Below are positions 35,524 to 47,427 of a stretch of 64,000 nt of DNA, in pieces (position 1 is the first letter of the stretch; each line of letters starts with the position of its first letter). This DNA is from the human T2T-CHM13v2.0 reference genome, Homo sapiens. The notes beneath the pieces were generated by a model. That model saw only the letters and a program-made list of their open reading frames with translations. It did no database searches and was not told the origin of the DNA. The DNA lies in NCBI RefSeq assembly GCF_009914755.1, contig NC_060928.1; one strand, 5' to 3'. Made by a program: the position numbers and the translations under genes.

Positions 35524-35592
35524 CTGAGGAGTTGTAGATGTTTGGAAGTTTTCATCCTCCAAATGTTCATTTTTTGATTCTGTGGTATGCAT
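35524..35592 (-). CDS. SLC9B1: SLC9B1 coding exon 2 (exon 35524-35593; ATG 1 nt after the acceptor); MHTTESKNEHLEDENFQTSTTPQ, 23 codons, phase 0
   Basis: Minus strand reads ttttcttttaaatcttag|C ATG CAT ACC ACA GAA...ACT CCT CAG|gtaaaa; the peptide is recognised as the SLC9B1 N-terminus. Confidence 0.96.
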
Positions 35593-36639
35593 GCTAAGAT
35601 TTAAAAGAAAAATACTTTAAAAGAAGAAACAAGACTATAAATCCATATGAAAACAAACATGGTTAAGTGGGATTAATTTTTTAAAGGATTTTTTGTTCTA
35701 AAGTTGTATCACAGTCAAGTCAGATATCTTTATAGTCAACATAGATCCAAATATTCATCTTTAACATTATTAACCAAAGCCATATGCATAAGTTTTAAAA
35801 ACCATTGTCATACAGAAATGTAATATTTCTCAACAGTTCATAATGCTGGCCCATATCATAGAATCATGTATCAGAAAATGCAGAAATTTATTTTATGCAC
35901 TGAACTGGTGTGTTTGAGTTAATATCCACTGTTGATTTAATCTATCTTCTGTCATGCTCTTACATAAAACACTCCAGAAAAATTTTAAATGAAATATGAC
36001 CAACTACATTAATACCTACATCTATAAGTTACTGATACATACTATCTTTTTATGTGGCCCATTTGAAGGATCTGTAGGTCCAACATTTAAATATATCTAT
36101 AAAGTTTTATTTTGAAGAAGAATAAACTAGATGAATAAAATAATAATTACTTATAACTTTTATTTTAAAGTATCTGTTGTTTCTACCTCCTCTGTAATCT
36201 TTGCTAGCTTCAAATATAAGTAGGGTAACTTTTCTTAAAAATATCTTCTCTCAATTTTTGAGTTGTTGTTAAGAACAAAACTAAAGATTTCAAGTTTTAA
36301 TTTTTAGATAGTCTTATTACCATATCCTGTAGTGCTTCAAGTATCTATACTTTTCTAAAAGGAAAACAATTTTAATAATGAAAATTGTTAACGAAAAGGA
36401 ACATTAACAGTTGAGTAGCTACCATATGCTAGCTGCTTTACATCTATTGTCTTACCATAATGAAGTAAAATATTACTGCATAAAATCCTATAAAGAATCA
36501 TAACTGAATTTATAACATTATTAAAGCAAAAAATAACCTTTAAAAATTTTGATCAGAAACTTAGATCTAAATTCCTTTAAAGTGTAGTTCCATTTTGATT
36601 GAAGTGACTGTCAAAATAACTATCTTGTCATTAGAATGA

Positions 36640-38850
36640 TGTATTAGTCCATTTTCATGCAGCTATGAAGAGATACCTGAGTCTGGGTAATTTATAAAGG
36701 AAAGAGGTTGAATTGACTCACAGTTCCACATGGCTGGGGAGGCCACAGGAAACTTAAAATCATACTGGAGGGGACCTCTTCACAGGGTGGCAGAAGAGAG
36801 AATGAGTGCAAGTAGGGGAAATGCCAGACACTTATAAAACCATTAGATCTTCTGAGACTAACTCACAAGATCCAGCTACCTATACCTTGTCCCACCCATG
36901 ACATGTGGGGATTGTTATAACTCAAGGTGAGATTTGGGTGGGGACAGAGACAAATCATATCATTCTGCCCCTGGCCCCTCCCAAATCTCATGTCCTCACA
37001 CTTCAGAACACAATTATGCCTTTCCAACAGTCCCCCAAAGTCTTAACTAATTCCAGCATTATCTCAAAAGCCTAAGTCCAAAGTCTTGTCTGAGACAAGG
37101 CAAGTCGCTTCTGCCTATGAGCCTATAAAATCGAAAGGAAGTTGGTTACTTCCTAGGTACAATGGGGGTACTGGGAGAAATTGGCCAAAACAAAGAGGCT
37201 ACAGACCCCATGCAAGTCCGAAATCCAATAGGGCAATCAGTAAACCTTAAAGTTCCATAATGATCTCCTTTTACTCCATGTGGCACATCCAGGTCACGCT
37301 GATGCAAGAGGTGGGCTCCCATGGCCTTGGGCAGCTCCGCCCCTGTGGCTCTGCAGAGTTACGGTCCCACTCTCTGGTGCTTTCACAGGCTGGCATTGAG
37401 GGTCTGCTGCTTTTCCAGGCACATGGTGCAAGCTGCTGGTGGATCTACCATTCTGGGGTCTGGAGGATGGTGGCTCTCTTCTCACAGCTCCTCCAGGTAG
37501 TGCCCCAGTGGGGACTCTGTGTGGGGGCTCCAACCCCACATTTTCCCTTTGCACTGCCCTAGCAGAGGTTCTCCATGAGGGCTCTGCCACTGGAGTAAAC
37601 TTCTGCCTGGATATCCAGGCATTTCTATATACCCTCTGAAATCTAGGTGGAGGTTCCCAAAGCTCAGTTCCTGAGTTCTGTGCACCTGTCGGCCTAACAC
37701 CACGTGTAAGCTGCCAAGCCTTGGGGCTTGCACCCTCTGAAGCAATGCCAGAGCTGTACCTGGCCTCCTTTAGACATAGCTGGAGCTGAAGCAGCTGGGA
37801 TGCAGGGCACCATGTCTCAAGGCTGCATAGAGCAGGGTGACCCTGGGCCTGGCCCACAAAGCCATTTTTCCCTCCTAGGTCTCCAGGCCTGTGATGGGAG
37901 GGGCTGCCACAAAGGTCTCTGAAAATGCCCTGGAGACATTTTCCCCATTGTCTTGGTGATTAACATTTGACTCCTCATTACTTATGCAAATTTCTGCAGC
38001 AGGCTTGAAATTCTACCCCCTTCCCCAGAAAATGGTTTTTTTTCTATTGCATCATCAGGCTGCAATTTTTCCAAACTTCTATGCTCTGCTTCCTCTTGAA
38101 CACTTTGCCACTTAGAAATTTCTTCTGCCAGATATCCTAAATTATCACTCTCAAGTTCAAAGTTCTACAGATCTCTGGGGCAGAGGCAAAATGCCACCAG
38201 TCTCTTTGCTAAAGCATAGCAAGAGTGACCTTTACTCCAATTCCCAACAAGTTCCTCATCTCCATCTCAAACCACCTCAGCCTACACTTCATTGTCCATA
38301 TCACCATCAGCATTTTGGTCAAAGCCATTCAACAAGTCTCTACGAAGTTCCACACTTTCCCACATCTTCCTCTCTTCTGAGCCCTCCAACCTGTTCCAAC
38401 CTCAGCTTGTTACCCAGTTCCAAAGTCGCTTCCACATTTCTGGGTATCTTTATAACAGCAGCCCACTCTGTGGTGCCAGTTTACATTAGTCCTTTTTCAC
38501 GCTACTACAAAGAAATACCCGAGACTGGGTAATTTATAAAGGAAAGAGGTTTAATGGACTCACAGTTCCACATGGCTGGGGAGGCCTCAGGAAACTTACA
38601 ATCATGGCAGAGGGCAGCTCTTCACAAGGCAGCAGGAAAGAGAATGAGTGAAAGCAGGGGAAATGCCAGACAATTATAAAATCATCAGATCTCATGACGT
38701 GATCACATCAGATCACTCATTATCATGAGAACAGCATGGGGAAACCACCCCCATGATCCAGTTACCTCCACATTGTTCCACCCCTGACACATGGGGATTA
38801 TTACAATTCAAGGTGAAATTTGGGTGGGGACACAGAATCAAACCATATCA
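36640..38850 (-). mobile_element. Complete THE1D/MSTA-type MaLR provirus: LTR 36640-36962, internal region, LTR ~38482-38850
   Basis: TGTATTAGT...CATATCA termini; perfect 5-bp TSD aatga at 36635-36639 and 38851-38855. Confidence 0.92.
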
Positions 38851-39574
38851 AATGACTACCTTGTCATAAGCTGTTAGATTATGAGGTAATTGGTAAGAAT
38901 AAGGGAGGTAGGTGAATCACCTAAGTTGTGTCATGTTCTGAATAGACAGACTGGGAGTTAGAGCCATTAAAAAGTTTGAGCTGAAGTGCACATAAATTTT
39001 GAGGAGAGGACACAAAATTAATTTACACACTTAATAATTTTTGAATGCCTACTCTTCTGGCCTCTGAAGGCAAAGCAGCCAATCAAAACAAAATAAAACA
39101 GAAATATAGGCTTCTGTTCTCATGGATCTTATACTCTTGTTAGGTGGAAGGGGAAGATTATAAAAAACATTTTCAGTATTGCAGAAAATAAATGAGGATC
39201 ATATTATAGAGATCAAGGTGACATTTGAACTGTGTCCTAAATGAGGAGAAGCTGTGAGTCATAAGTAAGCAGATGGACAAGGAGCAGGCAAACATAACAC
39301 CAAGAATCATACAAATGGAGACATCAAGCGACTAGGCAGCATATTTTAAGATATGTAACTATAATGATTAGGATAGCAGGGCTTGGAACCCAGGCAAGCA
39401 GACTATGTATTAGAACTTCAAAACCTAAGTAAGGGGTCTGAGTAATAGATGCACAGGTTAATAGCTATAAGAGAAGCTTTATACTGAGTCAAGCAATATT
39501 TGTGACTGGCAGTCACTCAATACCCTCTTTATATATCTGCCAAGAGTGGAATTGGTAGGTGGTATGCCTAAAAG

Positions 39575-39925
39575 CAAGGACTTTGAGTTGAGAAAGAAAT
39601 GTATTCAACTCTTCTCTTATCTTTTCATAACTGTGGGAAGTGATTTATCTCCACTGGCCTCAATTTCCTTATCTGAAAAAATATATAATAATGCTTAGTT
39701 TATTGGTTATCATAATAATTAAATTATAATAGCTAATGCCAGTTGAACTATATTAAGCACTTAACATGAATCATCTTCCTCAATTCTCTCAACAACTCTA
39801 TGAGGTATTTAATACTATTATCCCCATTTTATAGATGTTCAAACTATGGATGCAGGAAAGTTAAGTAATTTAACTTTCAATATGGTCATATAACTAGCAA
39901 GTGGGGAGCTGGAATTTAAATGAAG
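39575..39925. mobile_element. Two MIR remnants in opposite orientations
   Basis: cctcaatttccttatctgaaa and ctatgaggt...tattatccccattttatagatg...gttaagtaattt resemble the MIR core. Confidence 0.65.
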
Positions 39926-40675
39926 TACTCTTTAATATTACTCAGATCTTTGTCAACTTTAGTATTGTCTCTTTTTTCTTTTAACTGTTGTGGTGACATT
40001 GCATTATGAATTTAAATTGCATTTCTATAATGAGCATTTTTTCATATATTTACTGGCCATTTGAATATCTTCTTTAGTAAAGTGTTCAAATCTCTTGTCC
40101 ATTTTTTTGTTGTACTGGATCCCATTTTCATACTGATTTGTTGGAGTTCTTTTTAGGTATTAAAAATGTAAATCTTTTATTGGATATATAAAGAGCCAAT
40201 ATCATCTCCCACTCTGTGTCTTGCTTTTTTACGCTGATAATACCTTTTTTAAAAGATACTTTAATTTGGCCCAATTTATTCTTTCCTTTCTTTATCCTTA
40301 GAGCTTTTGTTGTTTAAGAAATCTTTGCCAACCCATGTAGGAGAATGTTTATTCTCCTATATATTCTTCCACAAACATTATTGTTTTGCTTTTCACATAG
40401 GAAAGGAACAACAACAGGTCTATGGTCTATGAGCCATCTGGAATTGAATTTCATATATGGGATGTGAGGAAGAGATCAAAGTTTATTTTTCCCATATCAA
40501 TATCTAATTGACTCAGCACAATTTATTAAAAATATCATCCTCTATACATTGTATTGCAATGCCACTTTTTTTTGTAAATCAGGTAATCACACATATATGA
40601 ATTTATTTTCATATTCTATCCTGTTCCACTGGCCCATTTGTCTATCCTTAGGCTAACATTATGCTAGTGCTTGTA

Positions 40676-40971
40676 TTTTTTTTTCTGAGATAGGGTCTTC
40701 CTCTGTCACCCAGGCTGGAGTGCAGTGACACAATAATAGCTCACTACAGCCTCAATCTCCTGGGCTCAAGTGATCCTCCCACCTCAGCCTCCTAAGTAGC
40801 TGGGACTACAGCCACAAGCCATCATGTCCAGCAATTTTTTTTTTTTTTTAATTTTTAGTAGAGTCGAAGACTCACTATATTGCTCAGGCTGGTCTCAAAC
40901 TCCTGAGCTCAAGCAATCCTTTTGTCTCAGCCTCCCATAGTGCTGACAGGCATGAGCCATTGTGTCTGGCC
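40676..40971 (-). mobile_element. AluJ
   Basis: gagatagggtctt...ctcctgggctcaagtgatcctcccacctcagcc. Confidence 0.85.
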
Positions 40972-42749
40972 AGTATAACAGATATTGACATCTGGTGTTG
41001 GTGTACATTCTCCACTTTTGTTGTTCTTCAGAATTGGATTGACTTTTTGATCCTTTGTATTTCCACATACATTTTAGGACCAAGTTGTCAATTTACACAC
41101 ACACAGCTGGAATTTTGACTGAAGTTACATTGAATCTATAGATTAATTTGGGGAGAACTGACATCTTAACAATATTGAGTCTTCCAATCTTTGAACACTG
41201 TATATTCCTCCATTTATTTAGATTTTCTTGATCTTAATAATTTTTTGTGTTTTCAATGTACAGAACAGTATGTCTTTCATTAGGCTTATTTTTAGGTATT
41301 TTATGTTTTTTGGATGGTTATAAAAATTATAACTTTAAAAATTCATTATTTGTTTCTTGCTGGCATACAGAAATATGAATAATTTTCATTCATTTCACTT
41401 TGTATCAGGCCTTGATAAATTCACTTAATTCTAATAGTCTGTAGATTTGTTTGGATTTTCTAAGTACATACATACACAGTCAGCAAATATAAGTTTTATT
41501 TCTTCCTCTCTAAATTTTATGTATTTTTCTCCCTTTTTCTTTGTTTTTCTGGCTTTAACCTGCTGTTACAGTTGTTCTAAATCATTGCTAACCTTGGTAT
41601 TGTCTGTCTTCAGAATTTGTTTTAATATAGATCTGTTGGCGATAAATTCCTTATTTCTTTGCCTGAAAAATATCTATACTTAACCTTCACTTTTGAAAGT
41701 GATTCTTATTAGATATAGGTTAGAGTTTATTTTCTTTAAGTACTTTAAAGATGTTCCACTGTATTCTGGCTCCCATAGTTTCTGTTAAAAATTTAACTGT
41801 CATTCTTGCTATGATTCCTTTGATAATAATAATATCTTTTTTACTTTGGCTGATACTAATCACAATTATTTTAAGCAATTTTCCTGTGGTAAAATATGCA
41901 TAAAATTTACCATTTTAACCACTTTAAAGTATATAGTTCCAGGGGCATTATGTATATTTGCATTGTTAAGCAACCATCACCACCATCCATCTCCAGAACT
42001 TTTTCATTATCTTGACCTGAAACTGTGTATGTATTAATTAAACAATAACTTCCCATTCTCCCCTCCTCCAATCCCTGATAGCCACCATTCTCCTTTCTGT
42101 CTCTATGAATGTGAATATTCTAGGTACTTTATATGATTCAAGTCATACAATATTTGCCCTTTTTTGTCTTGCTTATTGCACTTATCATGCCTTCAAAATT
42201 CATCCAAAATTTATTCAAAATTCTGTACATGTTGTAGCATGTACAGAATTTCCTTCCTTTTTAAAGGCTGAATAATATGCATTTATATGTATATATCACA
42301 TTTTGTTTATCCATTCATCTACTGATAGACCTTTTGGCTATTGTGAATAATGCTGCTATGAAAATAGGTGTACCAATATCTGTTTGAATCCCTGATTTCA
42401 ATTCTATTTGGTATATACCTGGAAATGGAATTGATGGATCATATGGTAATTCTATGTTTAATTTTTGGAGGAACCATCATCATATGGTTTTTTTTTTTTC
42501 ACAGCAGGTACATCATTTTATATTGACATCAACGATGCACAATGATTCCAGTTTCTCCACATGCAGGCAAACACTTGTTATTTTCTGTTTTTTGGTAATA
42601 GCCATCCCAATAGGTGTGAATGGTATCTACTGTAGTTTTCATTTCCACTTCCCTAATGATTAATGAGGTTGAGTATCTTTTCATGTGCTTACTATTTGCA
42701 TATATCTTTTTTGGAGAAATGTCTCTTCAAGTCCTTTGTCCATTTTTAT

Positions 42750-43010
42750 TCTTATTTTTTTGAGACAAGGTCTCATTATGTCACCCAGGCTGGAGTGCAG
42801 TGGCACAAACATAGATCGTGCAGCCTTGAACTCCTGGGCTCAAGGGATCCTCTGCCTCAGCCTCCCAAGTGGTAGGACTACTGGTGCACACGTCCACACC
42901 CAGCAATTTATTTTTTTGTATAGCCAGGGTCTTGCTGTGTAGCCCAGGCTGGTCTCAAACTCCCAGCCTCAAAGTGCTGGGATTATGGGCATGAGCTATT
43001 GTACCCAGCA
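42750..43010 (-). mobile_element. AluJ (internally deleted)
   Basis: gagacaaggtctc...gcagccttgaactcctgggctcaag. Confidence 0.8.
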
Positions 43011-43702
43011 TCTTTGCCCATTTTAAAATTGGGATGTTTGTTTTTTTCCGTTGCTGAGTTGTAGGAGTTCTTTATATACTGTAGGTATTAATATCTTATT
43101 AGTAATATGCAAGTATTTTCTGTAAGTTGCCTTGTCACTCTGTTGATAGTGTCCTTTGTTGCACATAAGTTTTAAATGTTAATGTAGTCCAATTTATCTG
43201 TTTTTCCTTTTGTTGCCTGTACTTTTGGCATCATAGCCGAGAAGTAAACTGCCAAATCCAATATCATGAAGCTTTCCTTCTATATTTTCCTTTAAGAGTT
43301 TTAATATTTTTAGTTTTTATAATCGTAGTTATTGTAACCTCTTTAACTCAAAAATCTGGATCCCTTTTGAGTCTGTTTCCCTTTTCAATTTTCTATCTTG
43401 GCTTAAGGTCATATAACATTGTCTAATACTATGGTTCACAATTTTTATTGAAAGTTTGACATTGTGTACAAATTGTACAGTCTCCAGATGATAACTTCTT
43501 TTGGAAAGAAATATGTGGAGTAGGGGGAGTGAAAAAATCACTTTAACCAAATCAGAGATTGAGCTCAGTTGATAGCTTTGTAATGCTCAGTTTTATTTCA
43601 ATTTGTCCTTGTTCCTCAAGTATAGTCCTTTAGGGATTTTGCCCTAGGTGATTTCCTTGATAAATTATGGCAGTGTCACTTGATTCCTCCCATATCAGGC
43701 AT

Positions 43703-46089
43703 TGTATTATTCTGTTTTCACACTTGTTCTATAAAGAACTGCCCAAGACTGAGTAATTTAAAAAGGAAAGAGGTTTAATTGACTCACAATTCAACATGGC
43801 TGAGGAGGCTTCAGGAAACTTACAATCAAGTGGAAGGTGAAGGAGAAGCAAGGACCCTCTTCACATGGTGGCAGAAGAGAGAAGTGCAAGCAGGGGAAAA
43901 TGCCAGATGCTTATAAAACCATCAGATCTCATGAGAACGCATTCACTGTCTTGAGAATAGGACGAGGGAAACTGCCCCCTTGATCCAGTCACCTTCCTCC
44001 CTTGACACATGGAAATTACAGGTATCTTCCTCTACACATGGAGATTACAATATGAGATGAGATTTGGGTGGAGACACAGAACCAAACCATACTGTTCTGC
44101 CCTTGCCCTCCCAAATCGCATGTCCTTTATACATTTCAACATCAATCATGCCTTCCCAACAGTCCCCCAAAGTCTTAACTCATTCCAGCATTAACTCAAA
44201 AGTACAAGTCCAAAGTCTCATCTGAGGCAAGGCAAGTTTTCAAAACCAATCATGCCTTCACAACAATCCCCCAAAGTCTTAATTCATTCCAGCATTAACT
44301 CAAAAGTCCACAGACCAATGTCTCATCTGAAACAAGGCAAGTTCCTTCCACCTATGATTCTGTAAAATCAAGAGCAAGTTAGTTACTTCCAAGATACAAT
44401 GAGGGTACAGGCATTGGGTAAATATTCCTGTTCTAGATGGGAGAAATTGGTCAAAACAAAGGGGCTATGGGCCCCACGTAAGTCTAAAATCCAGTGGGGG
44501 CAGTCATTAAACCTTAAAGCTCCAAAATAATCTCCTTTGACTCCATGTCTCACATCCAGGGCATGCTGATGTAAAGGGTAGACTCCCATGGCCTAGGGCA
44601 GCTCTGCCTCTGTGGCTTGGCAGGGTATAGCTCCATGCCTGGCTGCTTTCACAGCTGGCATTGAGTGTCTGCCGACATTACAGGGGCATGGTGCAAGCTG
44701 TCAATGGATCTACCATTCTGGTGTCTGGAGAATGATGGTCCTCTTCTCACAGCTCCACTAGGTAGTGCCCCATTGGGGACCCTCTGTGAGGGGGTCCAAC
44801 CCTACATTTCCTTTCCACACTGCCCTAGCTAGAGGTTCTTCTTGAGGCTCCACCCCTGTACCAAACTTCTGCCTGGGCATCCAGTCATTTCCATACATCT
44901 TCTGAAATCTAGGTGGAGGTTTGCAAAGCTCAATTCTTGACTTCTGTGCACCCATGGGCCCAACACCACATGTAAGCCACCAGGGCTTGGGGTTTCACCC
45001 TCTTGAAGCAACAACCTGAGCTGTACATTGGCCCCTGTTAGCCATGGCTGGGATGCAGGGAACCAAGTCCTGAGAGTGCACAAAGCAGCAAGGCCCTGGG
45101 CCTGGCCCACAAAACCACTTTCTCCTCCTAGGCTTCCAGACCTGTTATGGGAGGGGCTGCCATGAAGATCTCTGATATTTTCCCCATTCTCCTCATTACT
45201 TACGCAAATGTCTGCAGGCAGCTTGAACTTCTCCCCCAAAAATGGATTTTTCTTTTCTATTACATGGTCAGGCCACAAAATTTGCAAACTCTTATGGTCT
45301 GTCACCTCTTGAACGCTTTGCTGCTTAGAAATTTCTCCTGCCAGATACCCTAAATCATCTCTCTTGAGTATGAAGTTCCACAGACCTCTAGGGCAGGGGC
45401 AAAATGCCAGCAGTCTCTTTGCTAAAGCACAGAAGAGTGATCTTTGGTCCAGTTCCAATAAGCTCCCATCTCCATTTGAGACCACCTCAGCCTGAAATTC
45501 AGTGTCCATATCACCATCCAGCATTTTGATCAAAACCATTCAACAAGTCTCCAGGAAGTTCCAAACTTTCTCACATACTCCTCTATTCTTCTGAGCCCTC
45601 CAAACTGTTCCCACCTCTACCTGTTACCCAGTTCCAAAGTCACTTCCACATTTTCAAGTATCTTTATAGCAGTACCCCACTCTTCACAGTACCAATTTTC
45701 TGTATTAGTCCCATTTTCACACTGCTATAAAGAACTGCCCAACATTGGGTAATTTATAAACAAAAGAGGTTTAACTGACTCACAGTTCTGCATGGCTTAG
45801 GAGGCCACAGAAAACTTACAATCATGGTGGAAGGCAAAGGAGGAGCACGGACCTTCTTCACATGGTGGCAGGAGAGAGAAGTGCAAGAAGGGAACAGGCC
45901 AAATGCTTATAAAATTATCAGATCTCATGAGAATTCACTGACTATCTTGAGGACAGCATGGGGAAAACTGCTTCTATGATCCAATCACCTCTCTCCCTCA
46001 ACATGTGGGCTTACAGGTCTCTCCCTCAACACGTGGGGATTCCAATTCAAGATGAGATTTGGGTGGGGACACAGGCCCAAACCATATCA
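43703..46089 (-). mobile_element. Complete MSTA-type MaLR provirus: LTR 43703-~44094, internal region, LTR 45701-46089
   Basis: TGTATTA...ACCATATCA termini; perfect TSD ggcat at 43698-43702 and 46090-46094; MaLR internal ORF remnant at 44829-45539. Confidence 0.92.
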
Positions 46090-47427
46090 GGCATACCTTA
46101 CCATTTCCTAACTTGGTTTATTTCTACTGTCCATACTTTCCTATATTGGAAGAGCTGAATTAACATCTTCAATGTTACATAACTATAAATAAAGGAGTTG
46201 GAGCCCATCAGGCAGTCTGACTCCAGAGCCCATACTCTTAAAACTAAACTGCTTATAATGTGACAAGTATTCTGTGCAAGACATAGACTAAAGCTCTCAT
46301 AAGAATTTATAGGCTAACATTTAGAAAATGCTGTAATAACTTAAATCTATAAAAGATTAAATGATCTACCAAGAAAAGAGAAAAAAATCAAACAACTATA
46401 TGATTTTTTGACTTTTCCATTTTAGAAAATGAACTAGTACGAGTAACTTCTTTAGGAAGTAAAAAAGAGTCTTAAGAAAAACTTAAAAATAGAAAATAAA
46501 GGATGAATAAGTCACAGAAGGCTAAAATGGTTTAGAAATAGCCCATTGGAAATCAATTACAAAGCTGTTCAGACCCTTGGGGATTATGCCAATAATGCTA
46601 TTCCATTGCCTCTGAGCAGCCCTATCCATGGTCCTTAACTCTCGAGTGCTTTCACTGAACACTCTGGAACTTCTGCCAGATGATTATCAAACTGTATTAT
46701 ATTCTCAACCTCTTTTCAAAGCATTCTCTCAAATTCTGTGCCCTATATGAAACCAAGCCCTTCCTTTAAGGAGGACACTGCTTCCCCTATAGTCCTCTCA
46801 CATAACAGCAGTTTATTCACTAACATTCCTTCTGACACCCTACTGCTATTTCTAAAACTTCTTATATAAAAAAGAAACAAAATCCTTGCTTTTTTAAAGC
46901 TTGTATAATTTGACAATATCACCTTCCTCCCCTTCTACTCACTGTTACTTACTCACCTTATTTTGATCCCTTTCCATTATTCACCAAAGATGTTGGTGCT
47001 TGACCCCCATATTTGTAATCTTTTCATCTTACACACTTGGATAATTCATCTACTATCTTGTTTCTTCAGTTCTTTACTTCCTTTCTAATAAAGGAAAGAC
47101 CACACTAAAACCTTCTATCATCTGAAATGCTCTATTATCGATAATCATGATTTCAAGCATCTACATCTCTGAATACTACTTCATCTTCTTTCAGTTCTCT
47201 TGTTCAGTTGTATTCACTTCATCCCCTCCAATTATTCTTCACTTTCATCAGGATGTGCAGTGTAATGAACCCTGTAACTCAAACTTTTGCCCTCTTCCTT
47301 CTTTACCTGTTTTTGTATTCAATACCTGTGATCCATCATCCTCAAAATACTGCTATAAATATCTTAAACTATCTTGAAATATCTTTGTTGCTTCATTGTT
47401 GCACATTTGTAGAAACACCTCAATCTA

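Larger units (their letters stand above)
39940..43650 (-). mobile_element. Degraded L1M (L1ME/L1MB-type) fragments
   Basis: T-rich ORF2/3'UTR remnants (ttggctattgtgaataatgctgctatg; tttggggagaactgacatcttaacaatattgagtcttccaatc). Confidence 0.75.

Noticed and set aside
38750-38770. DUX4-binding site in the THE1/MSTA LTR upstream of exon 2
   Set aside because: It reads TGATCCAGTTA rather than TGATTCAATTA, and the matching region of the other LTR is deleted or degraded.
44829-45539. 236-aa ORF (longest in the track) as a novel or domesticated gene
   Set aside because: It lies wholly inside the MSTA internal region and matches the decayed MaLR ORF (AKRL..FCPCPR.LWNF.L.RDDLGYLA.EISKQQS) only in part, drifting between frames. 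No independent gene signals.
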